From: Lachnospiraceae bacterium
GTDB lineage: Bacteria > Bacillota > Clostridia > Lachnospirales > Lachnospiraceae
Assembly: GCA_045601405.1 (NCBI GenBank)
Contig: JAZRZO010000020.1
Coordinates: 738-64,737 of the forward strand
Direction of reading: 5' to 3'
DNA: 64,000 nucleotides
The translations under genes and the position numbers were made by a program. How positions within the stretch are numbered: position 1 is the stretch's first letter; every line of letters begins with the position of its first letter. Shown piece by piece: positions 45,339-55,858 of the stretch. The notes under the pieces are model-generated. The model was not told the origin of the DNA, did no database searches, and was given only the letters and a program-made list of their open reading frames with translations.

Positions 45339-45368
45339 GAAGGGTGTTTTCATACACCCTTTCTTTAT
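45339..45368 (+). terminator. Terminator-like hairpin between asp23 and nusB
   Basis: GAAGGGTGT (45339-45347) pairs with ACACCCTTT (45354-45362), loop TTTCAT, followed by CTTTAT. Confidence 0.45.
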
Positions 45369-45373
45369 GGATC

Positions 45374-45787
45374 ATGAAGGTTGACAGAAGAACATTAATA
45401 AGAGAAGCGGTATTTTTACTGCTGTTCAGATACGATTTTTACGGCCCCGGAGATATGCAGGAGCAGATACGGGATTTCCTGGATGGGGAAGACTACTTCA
45501 CAGGATCTGAGGGGGAGAGAATAAGAGACAAGATCTTTAATATCATTGACAGACTTCCGGAAATAGACCGGCTTCTTGACAATTACAGTATAGGCTGGAA
45601 GGTGAAAAGGATGTCAAAGGTGGATCTGACATTGCTCAGACTTGCCTGTTATGAGATCAGATACGACCAGTCAGTACCTGTTTCCACCGCGATAAACGAC
45701 GCTGTTGAGATGGCTAAAAATTATGGCGAGGAAAGCAGTGCGTCCTTTATCAACGGGATACTTGCTCAGGTGGCAAAGAATGGATGA
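45374..45787 (+). CDS. nusB: Transcription antitermination factor NusB
   Basis: REAVFLLLFRYDF...ACYEIRYDQSVPVSTAINDAVEMAKNYG. The track start at 45344 lies in the hairpin, so I prefer ATG 45374. Confidence 0.85.
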   Translation: MKVDRRTLIREAVFLLLFRYDFYGPGDMQEQIRDFLDGEDYFTGSEGERIRDKIFNIIDRLPEIDRLLDNYSIGWKVKRMSKVDLTLLRLACYEIRYDQSVPVSTAINDAVEMAKNYGEESSASFINGILAQVAKNG

Positions 45788-47000
45788 TAACAGAAAGATA
45801 TATTCTGTTGAAAAGATAAATAAATATATCAAAAGTCTTTTCGACAGGGATTTTTTCCTGAATAATATTTATATCCGCGGAGAGATATCAGGCTGCTCAT
45901 ATTCCGCAAAAGGACATATCTATTTCACACTTAAAGATGGAAAATATATCATGCCTGTGGCTATGTGGGCATCTTATACGAGGTCGCTTAAAAAAAGACT
46001 TGAAGACGGAATGCAGGTCGTTGTTAACGGTACCGTGGCGGTATATGCCGAGGGGGGCAGATATCAACTTACAGCCAGGACTGTGGAAGAGGACGGTAAA
46101 GGCGATATCGCGGCAAAATTAGAAGAGCTGAAGAAAAAGCTCGAGCAGATGGGCATGTTTTCCGCGGAATACAAAAAACAGATCCCAAGGTTTTCGCATA
46201 AGATAGGTGTTGTTACATCGGAGACAGGAGCTGTGATAAGGGATATATACAATGTGGCGTCAAGGAGAAACCCCTACAGCAGCATACTGTTATATCCTGC
46301 GGTTGTTCAGGGAGAGGGTGCTAAGGAGGCTATAGCGGCAGGTATAAGGCGTCTGGATAAAGAGGATGTCGACACGATAATCATAGGGCGCGGCGGAGGC
46401 TCAGCCGAGGATCTCTGGGCATTTAACGAGGAAGAGGTGGCCGTGGCAATATTTGAATGCTCAAAGCCGGTGATATCCGCTGTGGGACACGAAACAGATT
46501 TTACGATCGCAGATATGGTTGCCGATCTGAGGGCGCCAACACCAAGCGCGGCGGCAGAGCTGGCGGTTTTCGATTATGATCAGTTTGTGGAAGACCTTGA
46601 AAACATAAAATATACTCTGAGGCTTAAGCTGGACAGAAGGGTTGATCTGCTTAACAGTATGGTAAAGCAGTACGACTTAAAGATAAAGACCTTGTCGCCC
46701 GAAAATCAGCTGATAGTAAAAAAACAGGATCTCAGGGATAAAGATAAACTGGTGAAGGATATCATGTCAGAAAGACTGAGAAGGTCAAATGAAAGAACCC
46801 GGCTCATCGCAGGAAAACTGGAGGGGCTTTCACCGTTGAAAAGGCTTAGCGAGGGATATTCCTTCTGTACCGTTTCTTCGGGAGAGGCACTTAAGAGCAT
46901 AGGGCAGGTACAAAAAGGCGATATGATAAATATCAGAGTGACAGACGGACTGCTGGACGCAAAAATATCAGATATCAAAGAGGTGAAAAATGCGCAGTAA
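45780..47000 (+). CDS. xseA: Exodeoxyribonuclease VII large subunit
   Basis: YSVEKINKYIKSLF...IYIRGEISG...IGVVTSETGAVIRDI...IIGRGGGSAEDLWAFNEE. ATG 45780 overlaps the nusB stop. Confidence 0.9.
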   Translation: MDDNRKIYSVEKINKYIKSLFDRDFFLNNIYIRGEISGCSYSAKGHIYFTLKDGKYIMPVAMWASYTRSLKKRLEDGMQVVVNGTVAVYAEGGRYQLTARTVEEDGKGDIAAKLEELKKKLEQMGMFSAEYKKQIPRFSHKIGVVTSETGAVIRDIYNVASRRNPYSSILLYPAVVQGEGAKEAIAAGIRRLDKEDVDTIIIGRGGGSAEDLWAFNEEEVAVAIFECSKPVISAVGHETDFTIADMVADLRAPTPSAAAELAVFDYDQFVEDLENIKYTLRLKLDRRVDLLNSMVKQYDLKIKTLSPENQLIVKKQDLRDKDKLVKDIMSERLRRSNERTRLIAGKLEGLSPLKRLSEGYSFCTVSSGEALKSIGQVQKGDMINIRVTDGLLDAKISDIKEVKNAQ

Positions 47001-47193
47001 TGAAATGAACATTGAAGACATGACTCTTGAGGAAGCATTTGAGAAGCTTGATGAGATAATAGAAGCGATGGAGGAGAGCGAACTGCCCCTTGAGAAGACC
47101 TTTGAGTTTTATAAACAGGGTCTTGATATGGTCAGATTCTGTAATGATAAAATAGAAAAAGTTGAGTGTGATATAAAAAAACTCAGCGAATAG
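46990..47193 (+). CDS. xseB: Exodeoxyribonuclease VII small subunit
   Basis: LEEAFEKLDEIIEAMEESELPLEKTFEFYKQGLDMVRFCNDKI. Confidence 0.9.
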   Translation: MRSNEMNIEDMTLEEAFEKLDEIIEAMEESELPLEKTFEFYKQGLDMVRFCNDKIEKVECDIKKLSE

Positions 47194-47196
47194 ATC

Positions 47197-48105
47197 ATGG
47201 ATATTAATGTATTAAGCAAAAAAACCGATGAGGTTAATAAAATAGTGTACTCATTCCTCCCCGAAGGCGGGGCATACAATGAGCTGATAACGGAGGCCGC
47301 AGTTTACTCCGTGAGAGCCGGAGGGAAAAGACTTCGTCCGATGATGATGGCTGAGGCATATGAGCTGGCAGGGGGAAGCGGCGGGAAAAGGATGCTGCAC
47401 GCGTTGATGGCCGCTATGGAATTCATACACTCCTTTTCGCTTGTGCATGACGACCTCCCCGCTATAGATAACGATGATCTGAGAAGGGGCCGTCCCACTA
47501 CTCATTGCAGATACGGAGAGGCTGTAGGGATACTGGCAGGAGACGCGCTGTTGAATCTGGCTTATAGTGTCGGAACAGGCGCGGCCGCGGAATGTGATGA
47601 CGCGGAAACTGCAAAAAGAGGGATAACCGCGCTTTCTGTGATGGCAAAGAAGGCGGGCATTGACGGAATGATAGGAGGTCAATGTCTTGATGTGCTTTCT
47701 GAAAAAGACGGTAATGTCAGCATCAGAAGCAGCGAGCTGGATTATATATATAAAAACAAGACCTCGGCATTGATCGAGGCTTCGATGATGGCGGGCGCTA
47801 TAGTTGCGGGGGCAGATCAGGAAACAGTGGATCTGTTCGAGCGGATCGGTTCAGATGTGGGGATGGCCTTCCAGATAAGAGATGACATACTGGACGTGAC
47901 AGCAAGTGATGAAGAAATGGGCAAGCCTGCGGGAAGCGATGAAAAAAACAATAAGATCACTTATGTCTCCCTTTACGGACTGGAAAAGGCAGCGGAAGAT
48001 GTTAAGACATATTCGCGTAAAGCCCTGGAGAAACTCAATACGATAAACAGCGGTGATTGCTTTTTGAAGGAACTGATAGTTTATTTAATTGAAAGAAGAT
48101 CATGA
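47197..48105 (+). CDS. ispA: (2E,6E)-farnesyl/geranyl diphosphate synthase
   Basis: First Asp-rich motif LVHDDLPAIDNDDLRRG and second motif FQIRDDILD. Confidence 0.9.
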   Translation: MDINVLSKKTDEVNKIVYSFLPEGGAYNELITEAAVYSVRAGGKRLRPMMMAEAYELAGGSGGKRMLHALMAAMEFIHSFSLVHDDLPAIDNDDLRRGRPTTHCRYGEAVGILAGDALLNLAYSVGTGAAAECDDAETAKRGITALSVMAKKAGIDGMIGGQCLDVLSEKDGNVSIRSSELDYIYKNKTSALIEASMMAGAIVAGADQETVDLFERIGSDVGMAFQIRDDILDVTASDEEMGKPAGSDEKNNKITYVSLYGLEKAAEDVKTYSRKALEKLNTINSGDCFLKELIVYLIERRS

Positions 48106-49964
48106 TACTTGAGAAGATTGAACAGGCCAATGATATAAAAAAGCTTGCCCCTGAAGAATACGATCAGCTTGCGAAGGAGATACGCAGCTTTCTTGTGGAA
48201 AAGGTCAGCAGGACGGGCGGACATCTCGCATCTAATCTGGGTGCTGTGGAGCTTACCATGGCTTTGCATCTGTGCCTTGATCTTCCCAAGGACAAGATAG
48301 TCTGGGACGTTGGTCACCAGTCATATGTCCATAAGATACTCACAGGGCGCAAGGATGGCTTTGACACATTAAGACAGCACGGCGGACTCAGCGGTTTTCC
48401 CAAAAGAAGAGAAAGCAGATATGATGCCTTTGATACGGGACACTCATCAACATCGATAGCATCTGCCCTTGGGCTGGCTGAGGCAGACAGGCTGGCAGGA
48501 AATGATTCTTCCACCGTAGTTGCAGTGATCGGCGACGGAGCCCTTACAGGAGGACTTGCGATCGAAGCTTTAAATAACGCGTCCAAGATCGACCGCAATT
48601 TTATCATCATACTCAACGATAATGATATGTCAATATCCCGGAATGTGGGAGGGCTTTCCACATACCTTTCAAACATACGGGCCGGAGAATCGTATATTGA
48701 ATTTAAATCAGGCGTAAAAAAGATATTGAACAGGATCCCGTATGCCGGAGAAAAGATAGTAAAAAATATCAAAAAGACCAAACACAGCATAAAACAGCTT
48801 GTGGTTCCCGGGATGTTTTTTGAAAATATGGGACTTACATACCTGGGGATGGTTGACGGGCATAATGTCCAGGCACTCACAAAGATCATAAATGAAGCAA
48901 AAAATTATGATCATGCTGTTATCATTCATGTTGGAACGATCAAAGGCAAGGGATACGGACCGGCAATGAAAGACCCGGAGATATTTCACGGAGTAGGGAA
49001 ATTTGATGTTAAGACAGGAAAGCTTATAAACGGCTGCTCAGACAGGACATACTCAGATGTTTTCTCTGAAGCTATATGTGATGCGGCGCAGAAAAATAAA
49101 AAGATAGTTGCAATTACGGCCGCAATGACAGCGGGCACGGGGCTTGGCGAGTTCAGCAAAAGGTTCCCGGACAGGTTTTATGATGTCGGGATAGCGGAGG
49201 AATACGCAGCAACTTTTGCCGCCGGAATGGCGGCCGGCAGGATGAAGCCGTTCGTTGCCATCTATTCATCTTTTCTGCAAAGAGCATATGATGAGATAGC
49301 TCATGATGTCTGTATGCAGAATCTTCCAGTCACCTTCTGTATAGATAGGGCAGGACTTGTAGGCGAGGACGGGGAAACGCACCAGGGTATATATGATATC
49401 TCGTATCTAAATACCATACCCCATATGAATATACTTGCACCAAAAAATGCAGCAGAGCTGAAAGCAGCGGTAAGCTTTGCGGCGGATTTTAACGGTCCTC
49501 TGGCAATAAGGTACGGCAGAGGAGAGGCATACTGCGGACTGGAGGAATTTAACGAGCCTATCGTTTACGGTAAGAGCGAATATATATACAGAGAAAAAGA
49601 TATCGCTCTCATTGCCGCAGGGTCAATGGTAAAGGACGCAGTAAAAGTAAGGGAGCTGCTTAAGGAAAAGGGACGAAGTGTAACACTTGTGAATGCGAGA
49701 TTCATAAAGCCTCTTGATGAGGTTATGATAGATGAGATAATAAAAGACCACGATGTGATAGTTACGATGGAGGAAAATGAGATAGTGGCCGGGTATGGTA
49801 TGTCCGTATTACGGTATATAAACCAGAATGGCTCTGATATTAAAGTGATAAACCTTGCCCTTCCGTCGGGCTTCATTGAACAGGGCACACGGCAGGAGCA
49901 GCTTGCTGAGTGCCGGATGGATATTGCCTCGATCATGAAGAGACTTGAGGAAGAGGGTATATGA
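48102..49964 (+). CDS. dxs: 1-deoxy-D-xylulose-5-phosphate synthase
   Basis: GGHLASNLGAVELTMALH, IGDGALTGG, DRAGLVGEDGETHQG. Confidence 0.95.
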   Translation: MILEKIEQANDIKKLAPEEYDQLAKEIRSFLVEKVSRTGGHLASNLGAVELTMALHLCLDLPKDKIVWDVGHQSYVHKILTGRKDGFDTLRQHGGLSGFPKRRESRYDAFDTGHSSTSIASALGLAEADRLAGNDSSTVVAVIGDGALTGGLAIEALNNASKIDRNFIIILNDNDMSISRNVGGLSTYLSNIRAGESYIEFKSGVKKILNRIPYAGEKIVKNIKKTKHSIKQLVVPGMFFENMGLTYLGMVDGHNVQALTKIINEAKNYDHAVIIHVGTIKGKGYGPAMKDPEIFHGVGKFDVKTGKLINGCSDRTYSDVFSEAICDAAQKNKKIVAITAAMTAGTGLGEFSKRFPDRFYDVGIAEEYAATFAAGMAAGRMKPFVAIYSSFLQRAYDEIAHDVCMQNLPVTFCIDRAGLVGEDGETHQGIYDISYLNTIPHMNILAPKNAAELKAAVSFAADFNGPLAIRYGRGEAYCGLEEFNEPIVYGKSEYIYREKDIALIAAGSMVKDAVKVRELLKEKGRSVTLVNARFIKPLDEVMIDEIIKDHDVIVTMEENEIVAGYGMSVLRYINQNGSDIKVINLALPSGFIEQGTRQEQLAECRMDIASIMKRLEEEGI

Positions 49965-50767
49965 AGAAAAGACTGGACCTGCTCGTATGCGAACTGTCCC
50001 CGGAGCTTTCCAGGCAAAAGGCCCGTGCTGCCATAATGAGTGGCTTTGTTTATGTAAACGGACAGAAGGAATTAAAGAGCGGATCAATGTTCGCAGAAGA
50101 CGCGGTTGTTGAGATTAGAGGACAACTCCCGAAATATGTAAGCCGTGGCGGACTTAAGCTTGAAAAGGCTGTGGACTGTTTTTCTCTTGAGTTGAATGGT
50201 AAAATATGTATGGATATAGGCTCGTCAACCGGAGGGTTTACCGACTGCATGCTCCAGAACGGGGCGGCAAAGGTATATGCAGTGGATGTCGGCTACGGAC
50301 AGCTTCATTATAAGCTCAGAAATGATGACAGAGTTGTCGTTCTGGAAAAAACTAATATAAGACACCTGGACCCGGGTTCTCTGGATGAGGTTATCGATAT
50401 AGCAAGCATAGATGTTTCTTTTATATCGCTCGGGATAGTTATGCCTAAGGCTCTGGAATTTTTCGGTATAAAAAAGGAGCTGGTAATGCTTATTAAGCCG
50501 CAGTTTGAGGCCGGAAGAGAAAAGGTAGGGAAGAAAGGCGTTGTAAGGGATGCCGATGTGCATATTGAAGTGATAGAGAAGATAACGAAGCTGGTATACG
50601 ATAACAACCTTTCAACGGCAGGATTGACATATTCGCCTGTGAGAGGGCCTGAAGGAAACATAGAATACCTTATTCATGCGGTAGGCGGTGACAGGGAGCT
50701 GACCATACCTGGAAAAGACGAGATAGCAGCTGTTGTAAATGAGGCGCACAGGGAACTTGCAGGATGA
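49961..50767 (+). CDS. tlyA: TlyA-family rRNA 2'-O-methyltransferase (hemolysin A-like)
   Basis: S4 domain (RLDLLVCE...SRQKARAAI), SRGGLKLEKA, DIGSSTGGFTDC. Confidence 0.9.
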   Translation: MKKRLDLLVCELSPELSRQKARAAIMSGFVYVNGQKELKSGSMFAEDAVVEIRGQLPKYVSRGGLKLEKAVDCFSLELNGKICMDIGSSTGGFTDCMLQNGAAKVYAVDVGYGQLHYKLRNDDRVVVLEKTNIRHLDPGSLDEVIDIASIDVSFISLGIVMPKALEFFGIKKELVMLIKPQFEAGREKVGKKGVVRDADVHIEVIEKITKLVYDNNLSTAGLTYSPVRGPEGNIEYLIHAVGGDRELTIPGKDEIAAVVNEAHRELAG

Positions 50768-51618
50768 AAAATTTTCTTTTAGTAACAAATTCCGTGAAGG
50801 ATAAAAACAGCGAATATTCCGGAGAGATAATATCACTGCTTGAAAAAGGCGGAGCCTGCTGTATGGGAAACATATTTACAAGCCGGGTTGATGCTGACAA
50901 CTATTATTTTGCGTCGCCATCGGACGTGCCTGAGGGTGTGGACGTAATAATAGTTTTAGGCGGGGACGGAACCTTTATACATGTTGCGAAGGATCTGATA
51001 ACCTGTAATATCCCGATAATCGGAGTGAATCTGGGAAACCTCGGATACCTTACTGAAATTGATGTGCATGATTTTAAGGAAGACTGTCGCAAACTGCTGG
51101 CGGGTGATTATCATATTGAGGACCGGATGCTGCTCTTTGGAGAGATCATAAGAAACGGAAAGAGCATAGCAGAGGACATAGCTCTTAACGATATCGTGCT
51201 CTTTAGAGGACAGTCGGGGATCATTGACTATGAGGTTAACGTAAACGGCAGGTTTCTGAACCGCTACAGCGCGGACGGGATAATAGTATCAACACCCACA
51301 GGATCTACCGGTTATAATCTTTCGGCAGGGGGGCCGGTAGTATACCCCACTGCGCAGATAATGCTGGCCACTCCTATCTGCGCCCACACATTAAACTCAA
51401 GAAGCATTGCTTTTTCAGCGGATGCTGTGATAGAAATTATCATAAAGGAACGGTCGGGAGAAAAGAAACAGCAGAAGGTAGTGTCTTTTGACGGAAGCTC
51501 TGAGCTGCTGCTCGAAAATGAGGATGTCATAAGAGTCAGCAGGTCCTCGCTGATCGCCAGGATAATGAGGCTGAACGATATGAGCTTCGTTGAACACCTC
51601 GGAAAGAAAATGAGATGA
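50764..51618 (+). CDS. nadK: NAD+ kinase
   Basis: VLGGDGTFIH, NLGNLGYLT, STPTGSTGYNLSAGGP. Confidence 0.9.
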   Translation: MKNFLLVTNSVKDKNSEYSGEIISLLEKGGACCMGNIFTSRVDADNYYFASPSDVPEGVDVIIVLGGDGTFIHVAKDLITCNIPIIGVNLGNLGYLTEIDVHDFKEDCRKLLAGDYHIEDRMLLFGEIIRNGKSIAEDIALNDIVLFRGQSGIIDYEVNVNGRFLNRYSADGIIVSTPTGSTGYNLSAGGPVVYPTAQIMLATPICAHTLNSRSIAFSADAVIEIIIKERSGEKKQQKVVSFDGSSELLLENEDVIRVSRSSLIARIMRLNDMSFVEHLGKKMR

Positions 51619-51619
51619 T

Positions 51620-53182
51620 ATGGAAAAAACTGTAAAAAAACCGGTAGTATTGATGATACTTGACGGATACGGTCTTTCGGACGATCCGGAAGGCAATGCC
51701 ATTATGGCAGCAGATACTTCAGCTATGGATGCCCTTATGAAGGAATATCCTTTTGTTACAGGGCAGGCAAGCGGACTTTATGTAGGTCTGCCGGACGGCC
51801 AGATGGGTAATTCCGAGGTCGGTCATCTGAATATGGGCGCAGGGCGTATCGTATATCAGGATCTTACAAGGATAAGCAGATCCATAAAGGATGGTGATCT
51901 CTTTGAAAAAAAAGGACTGAAGGCTGCCGCCGATAACTGCAGAAACAACAACAGCGCACTTCACATAATGGGGCTTCTTTCCGATGGCGGAGTACACAGC
52001 GATATCAGCCATATTAAAGCACTGATCGAATTTGCAAAAAGAGAAGGCCTTGAAGATGTATTTGTTCACTGCTTTATGGACGGCAGGGATACCTCACCCA
52101 CATCCGGTGCAGGATATGCTAAAGAGCTTGAAAAATGTATGCGCGAACATAAAACAGGCAGGATAGCCACGATCTCGGGCCGTTATTACGCAATGGACAG
52201 AGATAACAGATGGGAGAGGATAGAGAAAGCCTACGCAGCCCTTGTAAGGGGAGAGGGCGTCTATTACACTGATGCTGTAAGCGCGATAGAAGACAGCTAC
52301 AGTCGGGAGATCACAGATGAATTCATTGTTCCTGCCGTCATCACATCAGATGGAGAGCCTGTCGCAACAATAAAGGAAAATGATTCTGTGATATTCGCGA
52401 ATTTCAGACCGGACAGGGCGCGTCAGATCACACGGACATTCTGCTGCGATGACTTTGACGGCTTTGACAGGGGCGAAAGGATAAAAACATATTATCTCTG
52501 CTTTACCGAGTATGATGTAAACATTCCCGACAAGCACGTGCTTTTCGGTGAGGAGGAGATAATAAATTCTTTTGGTGCGTATATTGCGTCAAAAGGTCTT
52601 AAACAGGCAAGGATAGCAGAGACGGAAAAATATGCTCATGTGACATTTTTCTTTAACGGAGGTGTTGAGGAGCCTGATAAAAATGAGGACCGCTTCCTGA
52701 TCCCGTCTCCAAAGGTGGCTACCTACGACCTTAAGCCGGAAATGAGTGCGGATGAAGTATGCGATAAGCTCATAGAGACCATCATGGCAAAGGAACACGA
52801 TGTGATAGTGGTAAATTTCGCGAACCCTGATATGGTCGGACATACCGGCGTTATGAGCGCTGTTATAAAAGCTATAGAGAAAGTGAATGAGTGTGTGGCA
52901 AGGACGGTAGACGCCGTAAAGAAAACTGGTGGTGTGATGTTCCTGTGTGCAGACCACGGGAACGCCGAGGAGCTCATAGATCATAAGACAAAGGAACCGT
53001 GGACCGCGCATACCACTAATCCGGTTCCTTTTATCCTCGTCAACGCGCCTGATGATATCAGTCTTAGAGAAGACGGAAGGTTGTGTGACATAGCGCCTAC
53101 CATGCTTGAATTGCTTGATTTGCCGCTGCCGGAGGAGATGACAGGCAGCAGCCTGCTGATAAGAGGTGTAAGTAATGGATGA
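51620..53182 (+). CDS. gpmI: 2,3-bisphosphoglycerate-independent phosphoglycerate mutase
   Basis: VLMILDGYG, GNSEVGHLNMGAGR, ADHGNAE. Confidence 0.95.
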   Translation: MEKTVKKPVVLMILDGYGLSDDPEGNAIMAADTSAMDALMKEYPFVTGQASGLYVGLPDGQMGNSEVGHLNMGAGRIVYQDLTRISRSIKDGDLFEKKGLKAAADNCRNNNSALHIMGLLSDGGVHSDISHIKALIEFAKREGLEDVFVHCFMDGRDTSPTSGAGYAKELEKCMREHKTGRIATISGRYYAMDRDNRWERIEKAYAALVRGEGVYYTDAVSAIEDSYSREITDEFIVPAVITSDGEPVATIKENDSVIFANFRPDRARQITRTFCCDDFDGFDRGERIKTYYLCFTEYDVNIPDKHVLFGEEEIINSFGAYIASKGLKQARIAETEKYAHVTFFFNGGVEEPDKNEDRFLIPSPKVATYDLKPEMSADEVCDKLIETIMAKEHDVIVVNFANPDMVGHTGVMSAVIKAIEKVNECVARTVDAVKKTGGVMFLCADHGNAEELIDHKTKEPWTAHTTNPVPFILVNAPDDISLREDGRLCDIAPTMLELLDLPLPEEMTGSSLLIRGVSNG

Positions 53183-54491
53183 TAACAGAAGAACAAGAGA
53201 TCAAAGAAGAACTCCCGGACAGAGGTCAGCGGAAGAGATGAGGCGCAGACGGATGAGACAGCAGAGGCAAAGGGAAGCCAGAAGAATAAGAATAATAACG
53301 ATACTTATTGCTGTTTTGATCATAGCGGCCATAGTCGTTACTGTTATCGCGCTTACGGGAAACAAAAAAAAGAGAGATGAGGAAAAGGAAAAGACCGTTT
53401 CCCAGACCGAAACAACGGAAACCGTTCCTCCAAGATCCGAGGTTGAGCTGATAGCCGTGGGAGATGTTCTGATGCATACACCTCTTTTGAACTTCGCGAG
53501 ACAGGAGGACGGAAGCTTTGACTTTAATAACATTTTTTCCGTTATGAGAGATGATATATCACGGGCTGATATCGCTGTCTGCAATCAGGAAACGCCGGTT
53601 GATACGACCAGAGAGCCTGATGGAGGTATCGAGTTTATATTTAACACTCCCGGAGCCATAGGCGATGCGGAGATCAATGCCGGGTTTGATGTAGTACTGC
53701 AGGCATCAAATCACTCCTATGATATGGGGAGCGACGGCATACTTAATACGATAAATTTCTGGAATTCAAAAGAAGGCCAGATCAAAATGATAGGAATGAA
53801 TGAGTCTCAGGAAAAAAGAGACACTATAACGTATCTGGATAAAAACGGAATCAGATTTGCGCTTTTAAATTATACATATGGTCTTAACGGGTTTGAGCTT
53901 CCGTGGGACATGGATTATCTGGTGACGATCATGGATGATGCCCATAGGGATATCATCTACTCAGATGTAGCGCAGGCGGCGGCGAATGCCGATTTTGTCA
54001 TTGTTTTTCCACACTGGGGAGTTGAGGATCTCTGGCCGGAAACAACCGAGGAACAGGATCAGTGGGCGCAGTTTTTTGCGGATGCGGGAGCAGACCTTAT
54101 CATCGGAACCCATCCTCATGTGTGTGAAAGGATAGACTGGGTAACGGGCGCAGGCGGAAACAGGACTCTTTGCTATTATTCTCTGGGTAATTATGCTTCA
54201 AATCAGCAGGAAACACCTGAGGTACTTGGCGGAATGGCGAAGGTTAAGATCGTCAAAGAAGGTGACAACACCTATATTGACGAGGCTGAAACAGGAGTTG
54301 TCCCCATAGTCACCCATAATATTAATCACGGAAACTTTACCAACGAGGTTGTCTGCTATAAGCTTGCCGATTATACGGATGAGCTTGCCGGCGGGCATGA
54401 TATAGTAACTAATTCAAGGGATAACTTTTCACTTGGCCGTCTGTGGGAAATAGCCAATGAAGTTTTCGGCAGCTGGATAAAGGAATACTAA
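53175..54491 (+). CDS. CapA/PGA_cap-family metallophosphatase-like membrane-anchored protein, copy 1
   Basis: Arg-rich tail, a TM, then AVGDVLMH..., SNHSYDMG, PHWGVE, GTHPHV. Confidence 0.75.
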   Translation: MDDNRRTRDQRRTPGQRSAEEMRRRRMRQQRQREARRIRIITILIAVLIIAAIVVTVIALTGNKKKRDEEKEKTVSQTETTETVPPRSEVELIAVGDVLMHTPLLNFARQEDGSFDFNNIFSVMRDDISRADIAVCNQETPVDTTREPDGGIEFIFNTPGAIGDAEINAGFDVVLQASNHSYDMGSDGILNTINFWNSKEGQIKMIGMNESQEKRDTITYLDKNGIRFALLNYTYGLNGFELPWDMDYLVTIMDDAHRDIIYSDVAQAAANADFVIVFPHWGVEDLWPETTEEQDQWAQFFADAGADLIIGTHPHVCERIDWVTGAGGNRTLCYYSLGNYASNQQETPEVLGGMAKVKIVKEGDNTYIDEAETGVVPIVTHNINHGNFTNEVVCYKLADYTDELAGGHDIVTNSRDNFSLGRLWEIANEVFGSWIKEY

Positions 54492-54501
54492 AAGGAAGGA
54501 C

Positions 54502-55791
54502 ATGGCAGACAACAGACAGAGAAGACGCAGTCGGAAATATTCCGGAAGACGCGGCAGCACAAGCTACAGAAGAGACAGAAGACAGGTAATGGCGATAAGG
54601 ATCATAACTATTCTTATTGCGGTCGCGCTTATCGCGGGTCTTGTACTTTCAGTTGTATCATGCAATAAAAAGAGCAGGGATGATACTGACGGGAATACTC
54701 CTGTGACTGAAGAGACAACGAAGGCCGACGATACAGATAAAACCAGCCGGGTGAGTATTGCAGGTGTCGGAGATATAATAGCCCATGACACTGTTCTTGA
54801 GCTCGCCGCTACAGATTACGGATATGACTTCACAGGGATGTTCTCCAGGCTAAAAAACGATATCTCTGGTGTCGATATAGCGATATGCAATGTTGAAACG
54901 CCTCTGGGAGGAGGACCTTATACAGGCTACCCTAATTTTAACACTCCGGATGAAATGGGCCTGGCGGTAATAGATGCCGGATTTGATGTGGCCCTTGCGG
55001 CATCTAATCATTCAATGGATGCGGGAACAGCAGGAATAAGGCATGGAATAGGTTTTTGGAAGGAGCATAGCTCAGAAATACTTATGACAGGTCTTAATGA
55101 GTCCTATGAAGAGCAAAATGAGATAAGGACGATCGAAAGAAACGGCATAACCTTTGCCCTCCTTAATTATACATATGGTCTTAACGGCTATGAATTACCG
55201 GCAGATGAGTCGTATCTTTTAACTCTGATGAATGATGAAAACAGGGATCTCATCAGGTCGCAGATACAGCGGGCTGATGAGATCGCTGATTTTGTGATAG
55301 TCTGCCCGCACTGGGGAGAGGAAAACCAGGTAGGAGAGCCTACTCAGTTTCAGCGCGACTGGGCGTGGCTTTTTACTGAGGCTGGAGCGGATCTAATATT
55401 CGGAACCCATCCCCATGTTATCGAAAATATAGAATGGGTCGTAACAGAAAACGGAAACAGGGCTCTTTGTTATTATTCTGTCGGAAACTTTCTTTCAAAT
55501 CAGCAATATACCGATCTGGTGCTCGGAGCCATGGCATATCTGGAGGTAGAAAAGGATGATAAAGGGTGCCGCATTTCAGAAGGCAGTGAGAAGGCCATAC
55601 CGATAGTGACACACAATGACAAGACAGGGCCGGGGACGGTTATAGAAGCATATTATCTTGCGGACTATACTTCGGATCTCGCGGCAGTTCATGATACCTT
55701 TCTTTCTTATGACAGCGCATTCTCTGTCGAATTACTCAAACAGAAGGCAAATGATGTTTTAGGCTCATATGTTGTGGACAGACTGCCTTAA
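54502..55791 (+). CDS. CapA/PGA_cap-family metallophosphatase-like membrane-anchored protein, copy 2
   Basis: Same architecture as copy 1: GVGDIIAH, SNHSMDAG, PHWGEE, GTHPHV. Confidence 0.75.
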   Translation: MADNRQRRRSRKYSGRRGSTSYRRDRRQVMAIRIITILIAVALIAGLVLSVVSCNKKSRDDTDGNTPVTEETTKADDTDKTSRVSIAGVGDIIAHDTVLELAATDYGYDFTGMFSRLKNDISGVDIAICNVETPLGGGPYTGYPNFNTPDEMGLAVIDAGFDVALAASNHSMDAGTAGIRHGIGFWKEHSSEILMTGLNESYEEQNEIRTIERNGITFALLNYTYGLNGYELPADESYLLTLMNDENRDLIRSQIQRADEIADFVIVCPHWGEENQVGEPTQFQRDWAWLFTEAGADLIFGTHPHVIENIEWVVTENGNRALCYYSVGNFLSNQQYTDLVLGAMAYLEVEKDDKGCRISEGSEKAIPIVTHNDKTGPGTVIEAYYLADYTSDLAAVHDTFLSYDSAFSVELLKQKANDVLGSYVVDRLP

Positions 55792-55858
55792 AAAACCTTG
55801 AAATATAATTATCTCTGTGATATCATACTCTGCACTGATGCAACAAGGAGGGATTATC

